A stretch of 63,849 bases of DNA, filler included, from Polymyxa betae A26-41 (lineage: Eukaryota > Protista > Endomyxa: Phytomyxea), in NCBI GenBank assembly GCA_003693705.1. It is 5 parts of 5 records of this genome, joined end to end, with 100 filler letters (N's around TTAATTAATTAA, not from the genome) between each part and the next. Parts side by side here need not be neighbours in the genome. Positions count along the whole stretch, not along the records: positions 7,112 to 34,354 come from RBZT01000719.1; 4 more parts are not named here. One strand, given 5' to 3'. Position 1 is the stretch's first letter; every line of letters begins with the position of its first letter. The notes beneath the pieces were generated by a model that saw nothing but the letters and a program-made list of their open reading frames with translations, ran no database searches and had not been told where the DNA came from. Positions 12,138 to 24,289 of the stretch are shown piece after piece. The position numbers and the translations under genes were made by a program.

Positions 12138-14108
12138 CCGTAGACAACACAGTATCTACACAAAAATTCCCCCAATGTGTAGCACCCTATTATGATGTCA
12201 AAGTTTCGGAATGTGTAGAGATGTGGTGCCAGTGTGACTGGATGTCTCCAGTATGTCTCTATTCTTTGACTGGGTGACGTGTTCTAAAGAGCAAATAATG
12301 AAAAATTATTAAACGAGAATACACGGAATTCTCATCCAAGGACGCTAAATGCTGCCTGCTCAAAGGCATTGTCGTTTTCAGCCCAAGGATTCTGCCCGCA
12401 TATTTAGAACGTGTTGGCAATCCAACGACGCCGTTTGTTCTCGCCATTAATAGCGTCGAATGCGCTCTCGATCATGGGAACTAAATCTTCACGCGGTACT
12501 GTTAACATGCACCCGGAGAGATCATTGGCGCTTTTTCACTGAAGCGATTCGTATCGAAAATTCATGAACTCCTTCTTGATATGCTCTTTGAGAGGCTTGT
12601 TGATCGAAATGTCGCAAGCCTGGTGCACCGAAGTCATACCCTCTTGAATGTATTCAAGGAATACCTTTCCAGTGGACTTTGACGCATGGTTCGCAGAAAG
12701 CCAGTCAGAAATAGGTTCCCCGAAGTGGGTCGTTGACCGATCGACAACAAGCAAGATGCGCTTATCGGGGAACATTTTGTGTACCCAGGTCAGATACAGG
12801 ACAAACATGTATTGCGTCATCCAGTGAGTTTTGTTGAACAGCACCGTGCTTTTTGTGTAATGACGCCACTGAAGCATGAGATCTGCGCCAAATGTTCCGG
12901 TATCGATCACAAATGGAGGTAGAAGGCTGGATGAGACTAAGGACGCCGTGACCATTACTGTGACGCCTTTTTGTCTATTTCGACAGGTACCAGAATATCA
13001 ACCCGCTTGGTTCCGCTCGGAACAAGCAAGCGATCCTCACGATAGAGCTGTACAAACGTTTCATCAGCATTGAGGACGTCATCGACATTGAGTTCGATGG
13101 CTGTTTGTCGAATTTGTCTAGCTGTCTGCCGGGCAATAGCGAGCCAGTCAGAGGGGACCTTCTGCTGGCAGCAGATACCGGTTTTTCGAACGAACGAAGC
13201 ATTGTCGACTCCACCATGATGGCCTTCTTATTGATCGGAGCTGTTGCAGCGGGGGCAACCGGGAGAGGTGAAGTGTTCGGCAAAGACAAGACAGCAGCTG
13301 GCTTCAGCAAGGCGAAATGATTTAGCATTGAATGGTTAGAGGGAAGAGCGGGGGTCAATGGTTGAAGAAAATCTGGTGATATACGACAATGCTGAGAGGC
13401 GCGGGCCCAAGCAGAACATACTCTTGCATGTGACTAGCTCAGAACGAATCGGCAGAATATTCCTGAAGGCCGGTAGTGTAGGAAGATATTGCGACGACAT
13501 TCACATTAAACAAGAGGCGAACCAATACCATCTCAATGGTCGAGGTATACACTCCAGGGAGGCTCATTAGAGAGATCACCTCTGCGAATGAAGGTGAGCC
13601 TGGACGGACTTCATGTACCAGCTCCACGACACGCTCTGCTGCCGAGCGGCCCTGCCCCAGAGCATACATGCGTACATCCCGGCGCAACTCATCAGCGTTA
13701 ACATACCGATCCGTGCCAGAACGAACTACGCAAAGATAAAAACAATTGCCATCTCCAGGAACGTCCTCCGGGACGTAAGAACGGCCTTGGTATAGGTGCG
13801 ATTTAAAGTCGGACCACTGCGACATGGAAAAGGAGGACACAGACGAGATAAAGCAAGAACGAGGGACAAGGAAGGCACGAGGAAGTCAACGACTGCGCAT
13901 ACAATAGTCCGGGAGCGCAGTTACGTCGTAGAAGCTCATGGGATTTTAAAAAGTTGCCAATTTTTGGCTGCGCAAGCGCAGCCCTGTCACTGGGAAAGGA
14001 TCTGTTTGTGTAGATATAAACACATTTTTTTAGGGATGTGTAGCGAAATATGTTGTCTGACCCGCAAGTGTTGTTATTAAAGCTGTGTTGATATTGTGAT
14101 GTCTACGG
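12138..14108 (-). mobile_element. Tc2/pogo-like (DDE_1) DNA transposon with an N-terminal OTU-like domain
   Basis: 25-bp TIR CCGTAGACAACACAGTATCTACACA (3 mismatches); TA TSD on both sides; inserted in the RT YxDD-equivalent motif. Confidence 0.9.
12259..13840 (-). pseudogene. OTU-like cysteine protease plus DDE_1 transposase (frameshifted, probably internally deleted)
   Basis: DVPGDGNCFY…LRRDV…STIEM (13439..13840) and LNHFALL (catalytic His candidate). Transposase KRILLVVDRSTTH…IQEGMTSVHQACDISINKPLK (12536..12955). Confidence 0.8.
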
Positions 14109-14526
14109 TAAGTCCTCAATCCGAATAATTAAAGATCTATAAAGTAATTCATTAACAATTTCAGCCATTCGAGCCTGAAATTGGGTAGCTGCGTTGAGTG
14201 CACCCTGAATAGATCGAGTCGGCATAAAAGCGCCTCGATCAGTCATAAATGAGAATACTTGACATCTTTCATTCAAAGGTATTATCCAAAACCCTTTAAA
14301 TGCGTCCAGAAGAAACCAAAAGTTTGAGTTAGATAGATATTGAACAATGGATTCAAGGAAAGGCATCGGCTAAGCTGTTGCCTCACATTGAGCATACCCA
14401 GCTCTGAGGTCAACAACCATTCGAAAACCTTTTTCCTTCTTTACTATCTGAACGGGGCTAGTCACTCTGCATTAAAATTTCATAAATTAAACCATATTGA
14501 ACGAAAGAATCTGTAAACTCTTTCAA

Positions 14527-17195
14527 CGGCTTCCTCTCACAGGTTCGCGAACCTGTAGGTACGCGAGCCTACAGGTTCATCTTCGTGATAGGTATCTCTA
14601 TAGTTTAGGAGTTGATGCCGTGGCTGTTGCAAAAGGTTGGCCTCTTTCCCAGTAACAATGGTGGTTCGCCGCATCCGCCATCTGGCGTTGGGTCCATGCA
14701 ACCCGAGCAGTACCAGAAGCCCGCACCGCCGTTGTCCGCTGTGGCTAGTGTTCCAGGACTTTCTCCCTGCGACAATTTAATGCCGCATGATCAAGGAGTT
14801 GAATCATGCTTCTCACTAACAACGGACCTTGTGGAATATGAGGAATGTGAAAGATGCACAGTTACGGAGCAATTGCCAGACCTGCAGCTTGAATCGAATT
14901 ATCACTCTTCAGAGGAAATCAGCAACCGTCGGCTCTCAACTTTTGAACAAGGACTGCTTCCATATATACATAACATCTGTGTAAAAACTGGATTCTCACT
15001 TGCTCGAAAGGCTCATAAAATGGATCCAAAAAAAGCACGTGAGATTTTCGACAGAGAGCATGTTTTTCAGCGAGGATACTTCTACTGTGTTTCTGGAGTC
15101 AGCGGAGACAGATGCCCATTCTGAATTCCGTTTACCTTCGACTTTTAAAGCTCCGAATATAAAATCAAGGCCAATGGACTGAGCCTAACCCATAACCATG
15201 TCTCTGCTAAAATTGTCGATGGCATTTTATTCAAAATGAGAGATGCCGACGTTACAAGTAAGCGATGAGCAGGCGATTCATATTTAAGAAAAGTCTGAAT
15301 ATATAATCTAGGTGAAGAGAGGCTTGCCATTCTCGAACTATCGCCATTTACCACCACAGGAACATTGCGTCGGATCTTGCGCAATCGGTGGCCTGCTGTT
15401 GGTTTCGATCCCGAGCTGCTATATCAACCCTAAGCAAAAGCCAATCTGCAAACCTTCGGGAATGATAAGGACGCGATTAACTTATTCATGGAACAAGGGA
15501 GAAAATCTTATCGGAATCAGGGATATTTGATGTCAGATTTGACGAATCAATGAAAATTGAAGAAGTTCTCATTCAACCAGCATCAATGCGTCATTACGCT
15601 TTGCAGTACGGCGATTTCACTATCGTGGATGGAACATTCTGTGTGTCAATGTATGAACTTACATTAGTGCTATTCATAATGTTGATGCCTTATTCAAGAC
15701 GACCATAAGCGGGATCGTGCTCGCCCAGCTGAGCGCTCTAGCTCGGTTATTCGTACTGCTCGTCGGTTTTCTTTGGACAAAGAAAAATCGGTTTTCATGA
15801 CAGATCAAGCACAAGCTTTTGCAACTGCTGCAATCACTCTGCAAAAAATTCACATTCTTTGCTTGCACCATTATCGAACGTCGATGTTTCGGCACATTCC
15901 GGAATGTCGCAGGATGTTTGTACACATTTTTTGCGGATGAGCAATAAGTTGATATTCAACGTGTATCAAGACGTTGCCGCTTTCAACGATGGGTTCGTTG
16001 CAGCCAAACAGGAATTCGAACGATATCCTCCAGCTCTGAAATTTTTCCAATCGATTTGGGATCACCGGCACTGTGTTTGCGCCACGTTTACTTGTGCCTT
16101 TTTCACAGCGGGCCATGTTTCTTCTCACCGCGCTGAATCGAATAATTCTCGGATTAAGGAGGGCGGAGATCTGAAAAAGGAAATGAGATCATACAACCTT
16201 AATCAACTCCTTGATCTTTTGCTTTCCTTATTTTAGCAGCAGCAAGCGAAAGCAAAAAAGGACATCAAAGCATACATCAAGGCTGGATGCAGCTGGAGCA
16301 AAGATGTCGATGATCTATGGAAAGAAGAATATAATTCGGCCAGCGAATACGACTGCATTTGTGTCGACGAACCGAACCGAGTTTGGAAAGCATTCCGTCA
16401 TGATGGCCAAGGTTCCGTACATATCGTTTGCCTGCCCACACTTTCTGCCTACGCAGTCTTCGACTGCCAAACATTCACATCACGTTCAATTCCATGCCGA
16501 GCAATTTGCGCAATATATTCGAGAGTGGGTGACCATCTCTTCACAGCATCAACTCTACATCCGAGATGGTTGATTTCGAACCACCCAGAATTCCCATCAT
16601 GCCTTTCCGAACTGGGATTAGGGAACCCAAGTATATCATTGGAATGTTCAGCGTCCGCTTCGGCTTTGCCCGTAAAGACTTACAATTGGAATTACTGCAA
16701 CAAATTCGAGTCCCAAGTACAAACCAAATGCGTTATCGCCACTTAGACGAAAAAGCCAGAGAGTTAATCTCCATTGGGAGCAACGACCAAGATTTCACAT
16801 ATCGTTATGTGATGAATGCCATAACTTCTGCGATTAACGCTGCGAAAGCATTACGCGATGGAGATAGAGTCCAAGCATTTGGAGTTTCTGCACCTGCGAT
16901 TTCACGAGCGAAACCGACATCAGAAAATTTGTCACGCTGTTTTCGCAAGCCGGCATAAAAAAGAGAAAGGTAGGCTCCTATCGGGTGTGCGCAGAAGCGG
17001 GTCGTACCGATGGTCAGGGGCATCGGGACTACAGCGTCAAGTGTCCACTGTTCAAAAACACCAAGAAAAATACATCTGATTAGATCAATAAACGATCAAC
17101 ATGCAAAGGAGAATAGAAACTATAGAGATACCTACACGAAGATGAACCTGTAGGCTAGCGCATCTACAGGTTCGCGACACTGTGAGAGGAAGCCG
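14527..17195 (+). mobile_element. Complete Mutator-like element (MULE), 2669 bp
   Basis: About 80-bp TIRs (CGGCTTCCTCTCAC…GTGAGAGGAAGCCG); perfect 9-bp TSD CTCTTTCAA at 14518-14526 and 17196-17204. Confidence 0.95.
14634..17079 (+). pseudogene. MULE transposase with SWIM zinc finger (many frameshifts and stops)
   Basis: YGDFTIVDGT, FMTDQAQAF, HILCLHH, FTAGHVSSHRAESNN, and SWIM-like DCQTFTSRSIPCRAIC. Confidence 0.88.
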
Positions 17196-17209
17196 CTCTT
17201 TCAAGTATT

Positions 17210-17866
17210 AGAAACGTCCGCAAAATAGGGTATTCATAAGTTAGAGCTTCAAATGATACGTTGCGGACTTGGAGAAGTGCGCGGGAGAATTTGCGGGGAG
17301 CAGCCTTTTTAACGTATCTTTAATCGAAAGTTAAAATGGCCTAAATAGATACGTTTGTAAGATTTTGGAAAACTACGTTAGCCGCAGCCCAAATGCGTCG
17401 TCCGTAGAAGTGATGAAATTCGGTCTCCACGATATCCAGATCGTTTTAAAGATCATAAACAGGACGAAAGATGTCAACATTGAAAACTCTTTCAAAGTGA
17501 TCCCGCAGTGTGTCGTCCTCCAGACCTTGCAAATCTGAAGCTAGGGCGCATGCTTGTTTTTTGTTTTATGATTTTTTACACAAAAAGCGGTAGGGCTTGC
17601 ACCAGTGCGGCGTCGTCCTCGCTGGTTCTTCATTTGAAAACCATACCGGATCAACGAGGTCATCGTTCAAGGTGGCGAGTCGTATTGCAGCCTCCAGAAC
17701 CAACGACATGCGACACCAAAACCGACGGGGTCCGTAGAGCGCAACCTTGTTATCAACGTAACTTTCAACGAATGTTTTATTAGAGCGACATTACGGACGT
17801 CTTTGGCTTGAAAGTAACTTTAGAAAATCTGCGGGAAAAAGATACGTTGACTTTGCGGACGTCACT
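17210..17866. mobile_element. 657-bp non-autonomous TIR element, copy 1 (AG…CT ends, ATT TSD)
   Basis: AGAAACGTCCGCAAA…TTTGCGGACGTCACT; TSD ATT at 17207-17209 and 17867-17869; second copy at 45327-45983. Host frame EEQSQ|YLKEF is restored on removal. Confidence 0.9.
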
Positions 17867-18284
17867 ATTGACTCTGTTCTTCAGTATATTGACGTGCTGT
17901 ACAGCGAATTGGTTTCGCATTAGGCTTCAAATTTGTCATAAATGGGGTTACAGTTGCAGTTGCATCTGGCCCTAATTTCATTCGGAAGAAATCCTTTCGA
18001 CGAATTAAGAGTTCTAAAAGCTTCTGCTCATAGTCAGAACTCATACCCATGCTACGCGCTTCCTTGATTTTATCTTTAAAGTAAGAATAAAGTTGTGATT
18101 GTAGATCCTGGCCTATATCCATTGACACAGACACAGTATACTCTGAGTCAGTTTGAGTGTTATCACTTTTTTGTATAAATGCTATTAAAGAGTCTAATGC
18201 ATTTTGACGATTGATTCCTATTGACATTAACATGTCGTTTCCAAGTAGAGGATCTTCATTCATATCCTGCCATATAAGACATTG

Positions 18285-18356
18285 CTGGTTTGGCACTAAT
18301 AATCGACCCTGGTTTGGCACTAATAATTGACCCTGGTTTGGCACTAATAATTGACC
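18285..18356. repeat. 3 x 24-bp in-frame tandem repeat in the Gypsy protease region
   Basis: CTGGTTTGGCACTAATAAT(C/T)GACC x3, translating as G(Q/R)LLVPNQ repeats. Confidence 0.95.
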
Positions 18357-19590
18357 CATTTTAGTTTCTAATATAATATCAATATTTGTGGCACTTCCAA
18401 TAGTGGTAGAGGGACCATTAGGCATTTCGAGAGTGTCTCGATCCCTAAGTGGAATTATTGTAAATTGTGGCATTAAGCTTCGAAGTTGATCACAGCTTGC
18501 CCGATATGATGGTGGCATCTGCACCACTGTCGAGTACAGCTCGGCAGCTGAGATTTCCTTCAGCTAATATTGCTATTACAGTATCAGTCTCATAAAGAGA
18601 GCTATCTACGATTCTAGCAATTTGTAATATAGAGTGAACGAATATTCAAAATATTCGTCGCTTGTTTTTCCAACTTATATTGTTCAAGAAGATTCTTCTG
18701 CTTCATTGGGGAAGGTCGCTGAGGACAGACCTTCATATGATGGCCAGATACATGACACTTTAAGCATGTAATGATGTTACGAGGTTTTTTAATCTCCGTT
18801 TGGCCACTCGGTGGGCCAGCACCAGTATAAGGTCGTTTGGACCGGTGATGGCCAAGAAACGGTTTAGGACGATCCATATCACGAAGGTAGTGTTCAAAAT
18901 TCTCCACCTTCTGTAACATTTTGTCAATAAACACTGCATGATCAGCACGACCAACGGGGGTAAAACGGACGTACCGTAGCGGACATCTTAACTCTGAAAT
19001 CAGTGCCAATTTCATTTCGAAAAAGTGCGAATTTTTTAAAATTACGTGTGTATTTTTGTTATCAACTATCAATTTCCAGAATGCGAAGAGGAAGTTTTCG
19101 ATGGCCTCGGTATTTTTTGACAGCATATTCAACCTGCTTACAAGTTAATGAGCTCCCTCCGGAATCTGTTGCATCCATATAACGAAAGGACTTCCTGGGG
19201 AATTTCCTAATCTTGCTTATTGAAACGCTGCCCAACGCTTTGGAACTTGCAGAACAAGGACACCGAAGTTAGAGGTACAATTTGCTCGACTCCAAGCCTT
19301 TGCAGCTCCTCAGAACATTTCGATATAATTAAACTCGCAATGATACTTAGGATAAAAGTCAGTATCAAGGCCAGCTTGCATGACAGTTTCTTCTAGCCAC
19401 TCCTTCTGTTCAGCAAAATCTGGTTGTTTTGAAAGAAGAATTCTAGCTTCCTTCAGATCTAAAGAAGAATCCCACAAGTGTCTTTCTTGTAGAACTTGCC
19501 TAAGCCCTTTTGAGGTGCACCCATCTTTTAAAAGCATTTTCTGCTGCACACGGCAACCATCCGCATCCAGATACCATCCGGCTCGCATGA

Positions 19591-19898
19591 TGTCATGAAC
19601 CGTTCTCCATCTTTCGCAGCTGCATATCCCTATTCAGTGACTAGGTGAATAAAGTTCTGTGTTGCAGTCGTCGAACTGAGAGTAGCTCAGTTCGATCAAC
19701 AAAAGTTTTGGACCTAAACGTCGCTTACCTCTGCTCGTAGCTCTGTCTCTTTCCTATTGATCCTTCGTTCCAGCTGATTTGTCATCATCGTCCCTTAGAT
19801 TGTTCAGACCCTATTCTTTATTCGTTCCAGCTGATTTGTCATCATCGTCCCATACATTCTTCAGGCCCTATTCTTTATTACAGTCTAGGTTCTTAACA
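19591..19898. repeat. Solo LTR (308 bp) with an internal ~57-bp tandem duplication
   Basis: TGTCATGAAC…GTTCTTAACA; TSD CATGA at 19586-19590 and 19899-19903. Confidence 0.9.
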
Positions 19899-20393
19899 CA
19901 TGACTCGCTGGTTTACCCCTCCGTTAGCCAGATTCATTCTGTTCACGTTTAACGCATCCGGAGCTTTGGCATGGTGATTCTGGCTATTATCAAACATGAA
20001 AAGCCCATCGCAATCCGGATGCAGCAGTTTAAAAATGGGCTTGGCCTTTTCCTTAACCTGAGCAATCAAGTCGCTTTTTCCAGTATCCCTCAGAGTTGGC
20101 ACCAGGCTTAAGACCCACGGTGGAGTCAGCAGGAACATCTGGATGTTGGTTTTGCAAATCACCGCTCAAACGTAAAATGCCATGACATTAGAGAGTTCTC
20201 GGAACTCTGATTTGGAGGGATTCAGATTGAGATAGCACCCCGTTAGAGTTCCGTGTGACTAGATGCTTTATTGAGATTCAAATAAACGTTTCGGCAACCC
20301 TCTCACATTCAGATTCAGATTCAGTTCAGATTTTCGGAATCGTTTTATAGATTCAGATTCAGGAAGAAAAAGATATGCGGCACCCATATAATT

Positions 20394-21506
20394 ATGATCA
20401 CAATGCCGAGGCTAAGCGACGATCAAGCAATAGAGCTTCTCATGAACATTTTCTTCGGGCTCGACCAGGATGTGGACGCATTTCTTGCAGTTATGACTGC
20501 ATTGCTGGAAAATAACTTGTTCCGACTTCGCATCCTACACGACTTGCTCTGGATCGCTGTCAAAAGTGTGATTATGAATTGGAGGATACCACTGCATTGA
20601 TTCGTTTCCGATTTACCATTCCTCAGTTTACATTACTGGCAGAGCTATTTATGTTGCGAAACGACTGCGTGTGATAAAATTTGTCATATTGAGGCGCTTG
20701 CTTTGGTCTGCCGACGTTTAGCTGAGACATTACGGCTCTGGACACTTATGAATGAGTTTGGACGCTCTGTTTCTGCAATCTCAAGGATTATGTCTCCTAC
20801 AGTTTTCTTGATCAATATCCAATACAAGGATTCTATTTCAACGAAACGTTATTCAAGGAACGTTTGAACACTAACTAGCGTGATTGCTGCAAAAGGAAGC
20901 CCGTTAGATTGTGTTTGGGCTTTCATCGATGGTACGCGCCAGAATATCTGTAGACCAAGCCCAAGAAGCTCTGGTGCTTTGCCAAATGAATACCTTCAGC
21001 GATCCGTCTATAATGGCCACCCTCGGAAGCACTGTCTAAACTATCAGGGTATCACGACTCCTGACGGTTTATTTGCCAGCATCTTCGGGCCAATTGAAGG
21101 TCGACGTCACGACACCACCACACCCATGAGCGCAATCGTTGATCGACTTAGATTAAGCCAGAATTTCACTGGGAAACTGATCTACGGGGACCCTGCAAAC
21201 GGATGTTCAGACAAAATATGCTCGCCGGTCCCCAGTGCAGTTGCGCGATTGCGGCAAGAGGAGTGTAATTCTTCTATGAGCTCCGTAAGAGAGTCTGTGG
21301 AATGGTCATTTGGCCGTCTAAAAACATTGTGGCCGACTCTGGCCTATGATAAGAAGCAAAAGGTGAGGGAATCTGCAATAGGAAGAATGTTCCTGGTTGG
21401 TTGCTTGCTAACTAATTGCCATTGCGGCTTTCAATGGAAATCAAATTTCCGACCTCCAAGTATTCATAACTACCTAAACGCTAACAGAATGCTAGAGTCT
21501 TTATAA
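20394..21506 (+). pseudogene. HARBI1-type (DDE_Tnp_4) transposase
   Basis: WAFIDGT, YNGH, NYQGITTPDG, GRRHD, IYGDPA, MSSVRESVEWSFG. Confidence 0.92.
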
Positions 21507-21514
21507 AACAGGAT

Positions 21515-22347
21515 TTAAATCTTATCTATAACCTTATTTAAAACCTCACCTATCTTAAACATATACTCGTACATCCGCGCATCCATTGAGGCCCTGCGGC
21601 GGGATTCCTCTTCACGACGTTCGGCTTGTTGCTTTTCAAAATCTAAGCGTTCCTTCTCCAGTTTCAGCTTCTCTTCGTTCAAAGTGCTGTTAGAAGAGAC
21701 GGTGTTTTGCATAGCACTCATGAGCGCATCAAATTTGTCGCGCTTTGAAACTTTGAGCCTCTTGTTCGCAAGTTTTCCAGAACTTCTACGGGCGCGTTTG
21801 ACCCGCCCGGGACTGAGTCGGAATCGCTGTCGTCGTCATCGTCGCTAGAAATCGGGCCTTCAATGGCTAAGCGACGAATTATCTCCCCTGATTTTTCAAT
21901 CCCATTCGCTTTGGCATGCTCAGCATCTTTTGTGGTTCAAATGCTGAGGTTCCAATCGTCCATCCTTGATATGATATCAGTCAATAACTGTTGGCGTTCG
22001 TCGAATTCCTCAGAAGCTCCCGATTTTCTCATTGAATCGAGCTCGTTGGATTCGAAAGCCTTCATCAGCAATTCGAATCTGGTTTTCAAAGCCGGGGCTT
22101 TCTTGTTCTTTATAAAGACAAAATTGTTTGCCAACGCTGCAGTAATAGTGTGCCAGGTAGACATGGTTTTTCCATTAGATGCCTCCCATGGCTTAAATGA
22201 ATTCACTTCTCGCAATAGCATGATATCGTCGCAGCATGCAAATTTCTGCCTGCCGCTGTATGGCGATACACCACAGTTGTTGAAGAATCCAACGCTAATT
22301 CCTGGGGTAGCAGATCTGCCCGATTCGATAGGAAACGAAGCATCCAT
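21515..22347 (-). pseudogene. Myb/SANT-like accessory protein of the Pangu-like element
   Basis: KFACCDDIMLLREV…PW…W…KTRFELL…SGASEEFDE with a coiled-coil C-terminus. Confidence 0.8.
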
Positions 22348-22521
22348 TGAAACAGATTTGTATTATAAGACTGATATGAATCTCAAAAACCAGTTGAGAT
22401 TCAGCCGCTCTATCTTGTGAAACGTAACAGTGCCTGCAGGTTTTGAGATAGAAATTCACCACGAACAGCATGTCACAGAACTCTAACGGGGTGCTATCTG
22501 AATCTGAATCCCTCGAAATTA

Positions 22522-22649
22522 GCGTTCCGAAAACTCTCTATTCACACAAAAATGCAGAAACCATGACGCTGCGTCCATAACCTTTGCGTTCCGAAAACTC
22601 TCTATTCACACAAAAATGCAGAAACCATGACGCTGCGTCCATAACCTTT
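22522..22649. repeat. Perfect 64-bp tandem duplication spanning the right TIR/flank junction
   Basis: 22522-22585 equals 22586-22649. Confidence 0.95.
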
Positions 22650-24289
22650 TGCCCGAATCTTCATATTGTCTTCATCCAGCCAACAGGTCCAGCCAACAGT
22701 ATTTCCTGCCGTCGTTGCATCCGAAACAAGACTCGCCATGTGTAACATGAATCAAAGGTCGCACACCGGGCTCTATCTCTGGGAAAAATCTTTGTCTCCA
22801 TGAAATCACCAACGTATTGGGTCATCCGTTTTTCGTACGCAGATATTCCTTCAAGGAACGCATGTCGGTATCTGACGACATCGTCGCGTTCATGACCGTC
22901 ATTATAGCCCTTTCCTGAACTCCCCAAATCTCAAACCTAAAATATTGAGCCATCGCTGGCCGGTTCTTGAGGAAATGTTGATAGAAGTTTCAAAGCCAAG
23001 TTTGAGATGAAGATTCTCGCTGACCCACAACGCCAACTTCGAACTTGTTAGAGAAACATCAGGCTCATTTCGTATGAAGTTTCGAAGAGCTAGTTGCACA
23101 TCTTCATCGGGAACCAAAGACTTCTTTTTGACAAACTTACCTTGGTTGTGCACTGGAAACACTCCATTTTGTACAAAATACTGCGCCCAGAATCTGATCA
23201 GTCGCCCGGAATGAACCACATTTCGGTCTGGCAGCAGCATGGCCGCGATTTTTTCAGACGATTCGACTTTGGGATGGCTCTGTAACAACGATTGCAAATA
23301 ATGCGTGACTGCCAGCTTCCGGACAAAATCCCATTTCGTAGTGTTCCGGTTTTGTCTTTCAACAATGCCGTTTGGTGTGAGTTTGCTGTCTGCGTTCAGT
23401 TTCTCAATACAACGACCGTAAGTCTCAATGGAGGAGCTGGATCCGGTTTATCGCTGGCAGTATCTTTAGGGAAATATTTCCAGATTTTGGATCATCTTTG
23501 ACAGAGTTATGCCGTCGCCTTTTATCGTTTTCTCTTCAAAAGACAGTTCGACTGCTCCCTGTATAAGCGGAGCGTAACGACGATCCAGCGCCTTTTCAAA
23601 CTAATATGGGTTGAATGGATGAGGTCGGAATTTCACGGTCCAACAAATCATCCCCCAGAATGACAATATTACCGTCGCTTTCTGACTCCGAAACCTCTTC
23701 GGCCGCGCCAGCAAGCCCAGTGCGACGAGAATGTGCACGTCCTGAAGCAGCAGCTGCAAGCCTGCGACCGAGGACCGTCTTCTTACGAGTTCGGGCCATT
23801 GCAACAACTGCCGAAGAACTCCGCACGCCCACGGAAGAAGTGGCTGCGACCGTACCCAGTTCACAATACTATAGCAACAAAATATGCGTACGCAAAATAC
23901 AATTTTTGACTGTACAAGGAAAAGTGCGTAGAAATTCCATGCGCACTTTATGCTTTTTGTGTCTTTTTCCCATACAAGTGACCAATTCTCAGTTCTCCTT
24001 ATAACTTCCAAGTGTTATAACTGCGCAAGGATCCTCAAAATCGAGACGACAAAATGTTTGTCTCGATGAGATCTGCGTTTTGTCATCTTGTTTGGGAGCC
24101 CTCGGTCACGGCACCGACCCACATAATCTTTGGGCTCCTGGCCCTATCAAAAATACAGAGTTAAGAGGTCCGCTACGGTGCAGCACCAGTACAATCAGGA
24201 TCCCTAAACCCCATCATCAGATAGTAATGCAAATCGAGCTAGTAAAGATAGACAGTATTCATAAACAATCATTGTTCAAAAGACAAAAG

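Larger units (their letters stand above)
10412..19132 (-). mobile_element. Decayed Ty3/Gypsy gag-pol acting as host for at least four nested insertions
   Basis: gag CLKCHVSGHHMKVC (18614-19132); protease region (17870-18527); RT LDAFKGFW…QGALNA…RIEDL|LRYAN (14109-14517 and 11600-12137); RNase H ATIDKEA…YTDHRNL; integrase H/H-C/C, VSDQ, GTIE (10412-11605). Frames rejoin across each TSD. Confidence 0.9.
20190..22539 (+). mobile_element. Complete Harbinger-related (PHIS; Pangu-like) transposon
   Basis: About 65-bp TIRs AGAGAGTT(C/T)TCGGAAC…; TSD ATT at 20187-20189 and 22540-22542; subterminal ATTCAG repeats; two convergent genes. Confidence 0.9.
19140..23850 (-). pseudogene. IS630-Tc1-mariner-group transposase (probably Sagan-like), interrupted twice
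   Basis: YNDGHERDDVVRYR, VMVSAFLCE|CHGIL, FMFDNSQNH, KGLRQVLQERHLW, QPDF, FYPKYHCEFNYIE. Subfamily name is from recall, not a search. Confidence 0.75.

Noticed and set aside
18285-18356. CRISPR-like repeat array
   Set aside because: Head-to-tail repeats without spacers inside a retrotransposon ORF; no cas genes; eukaryotic context.
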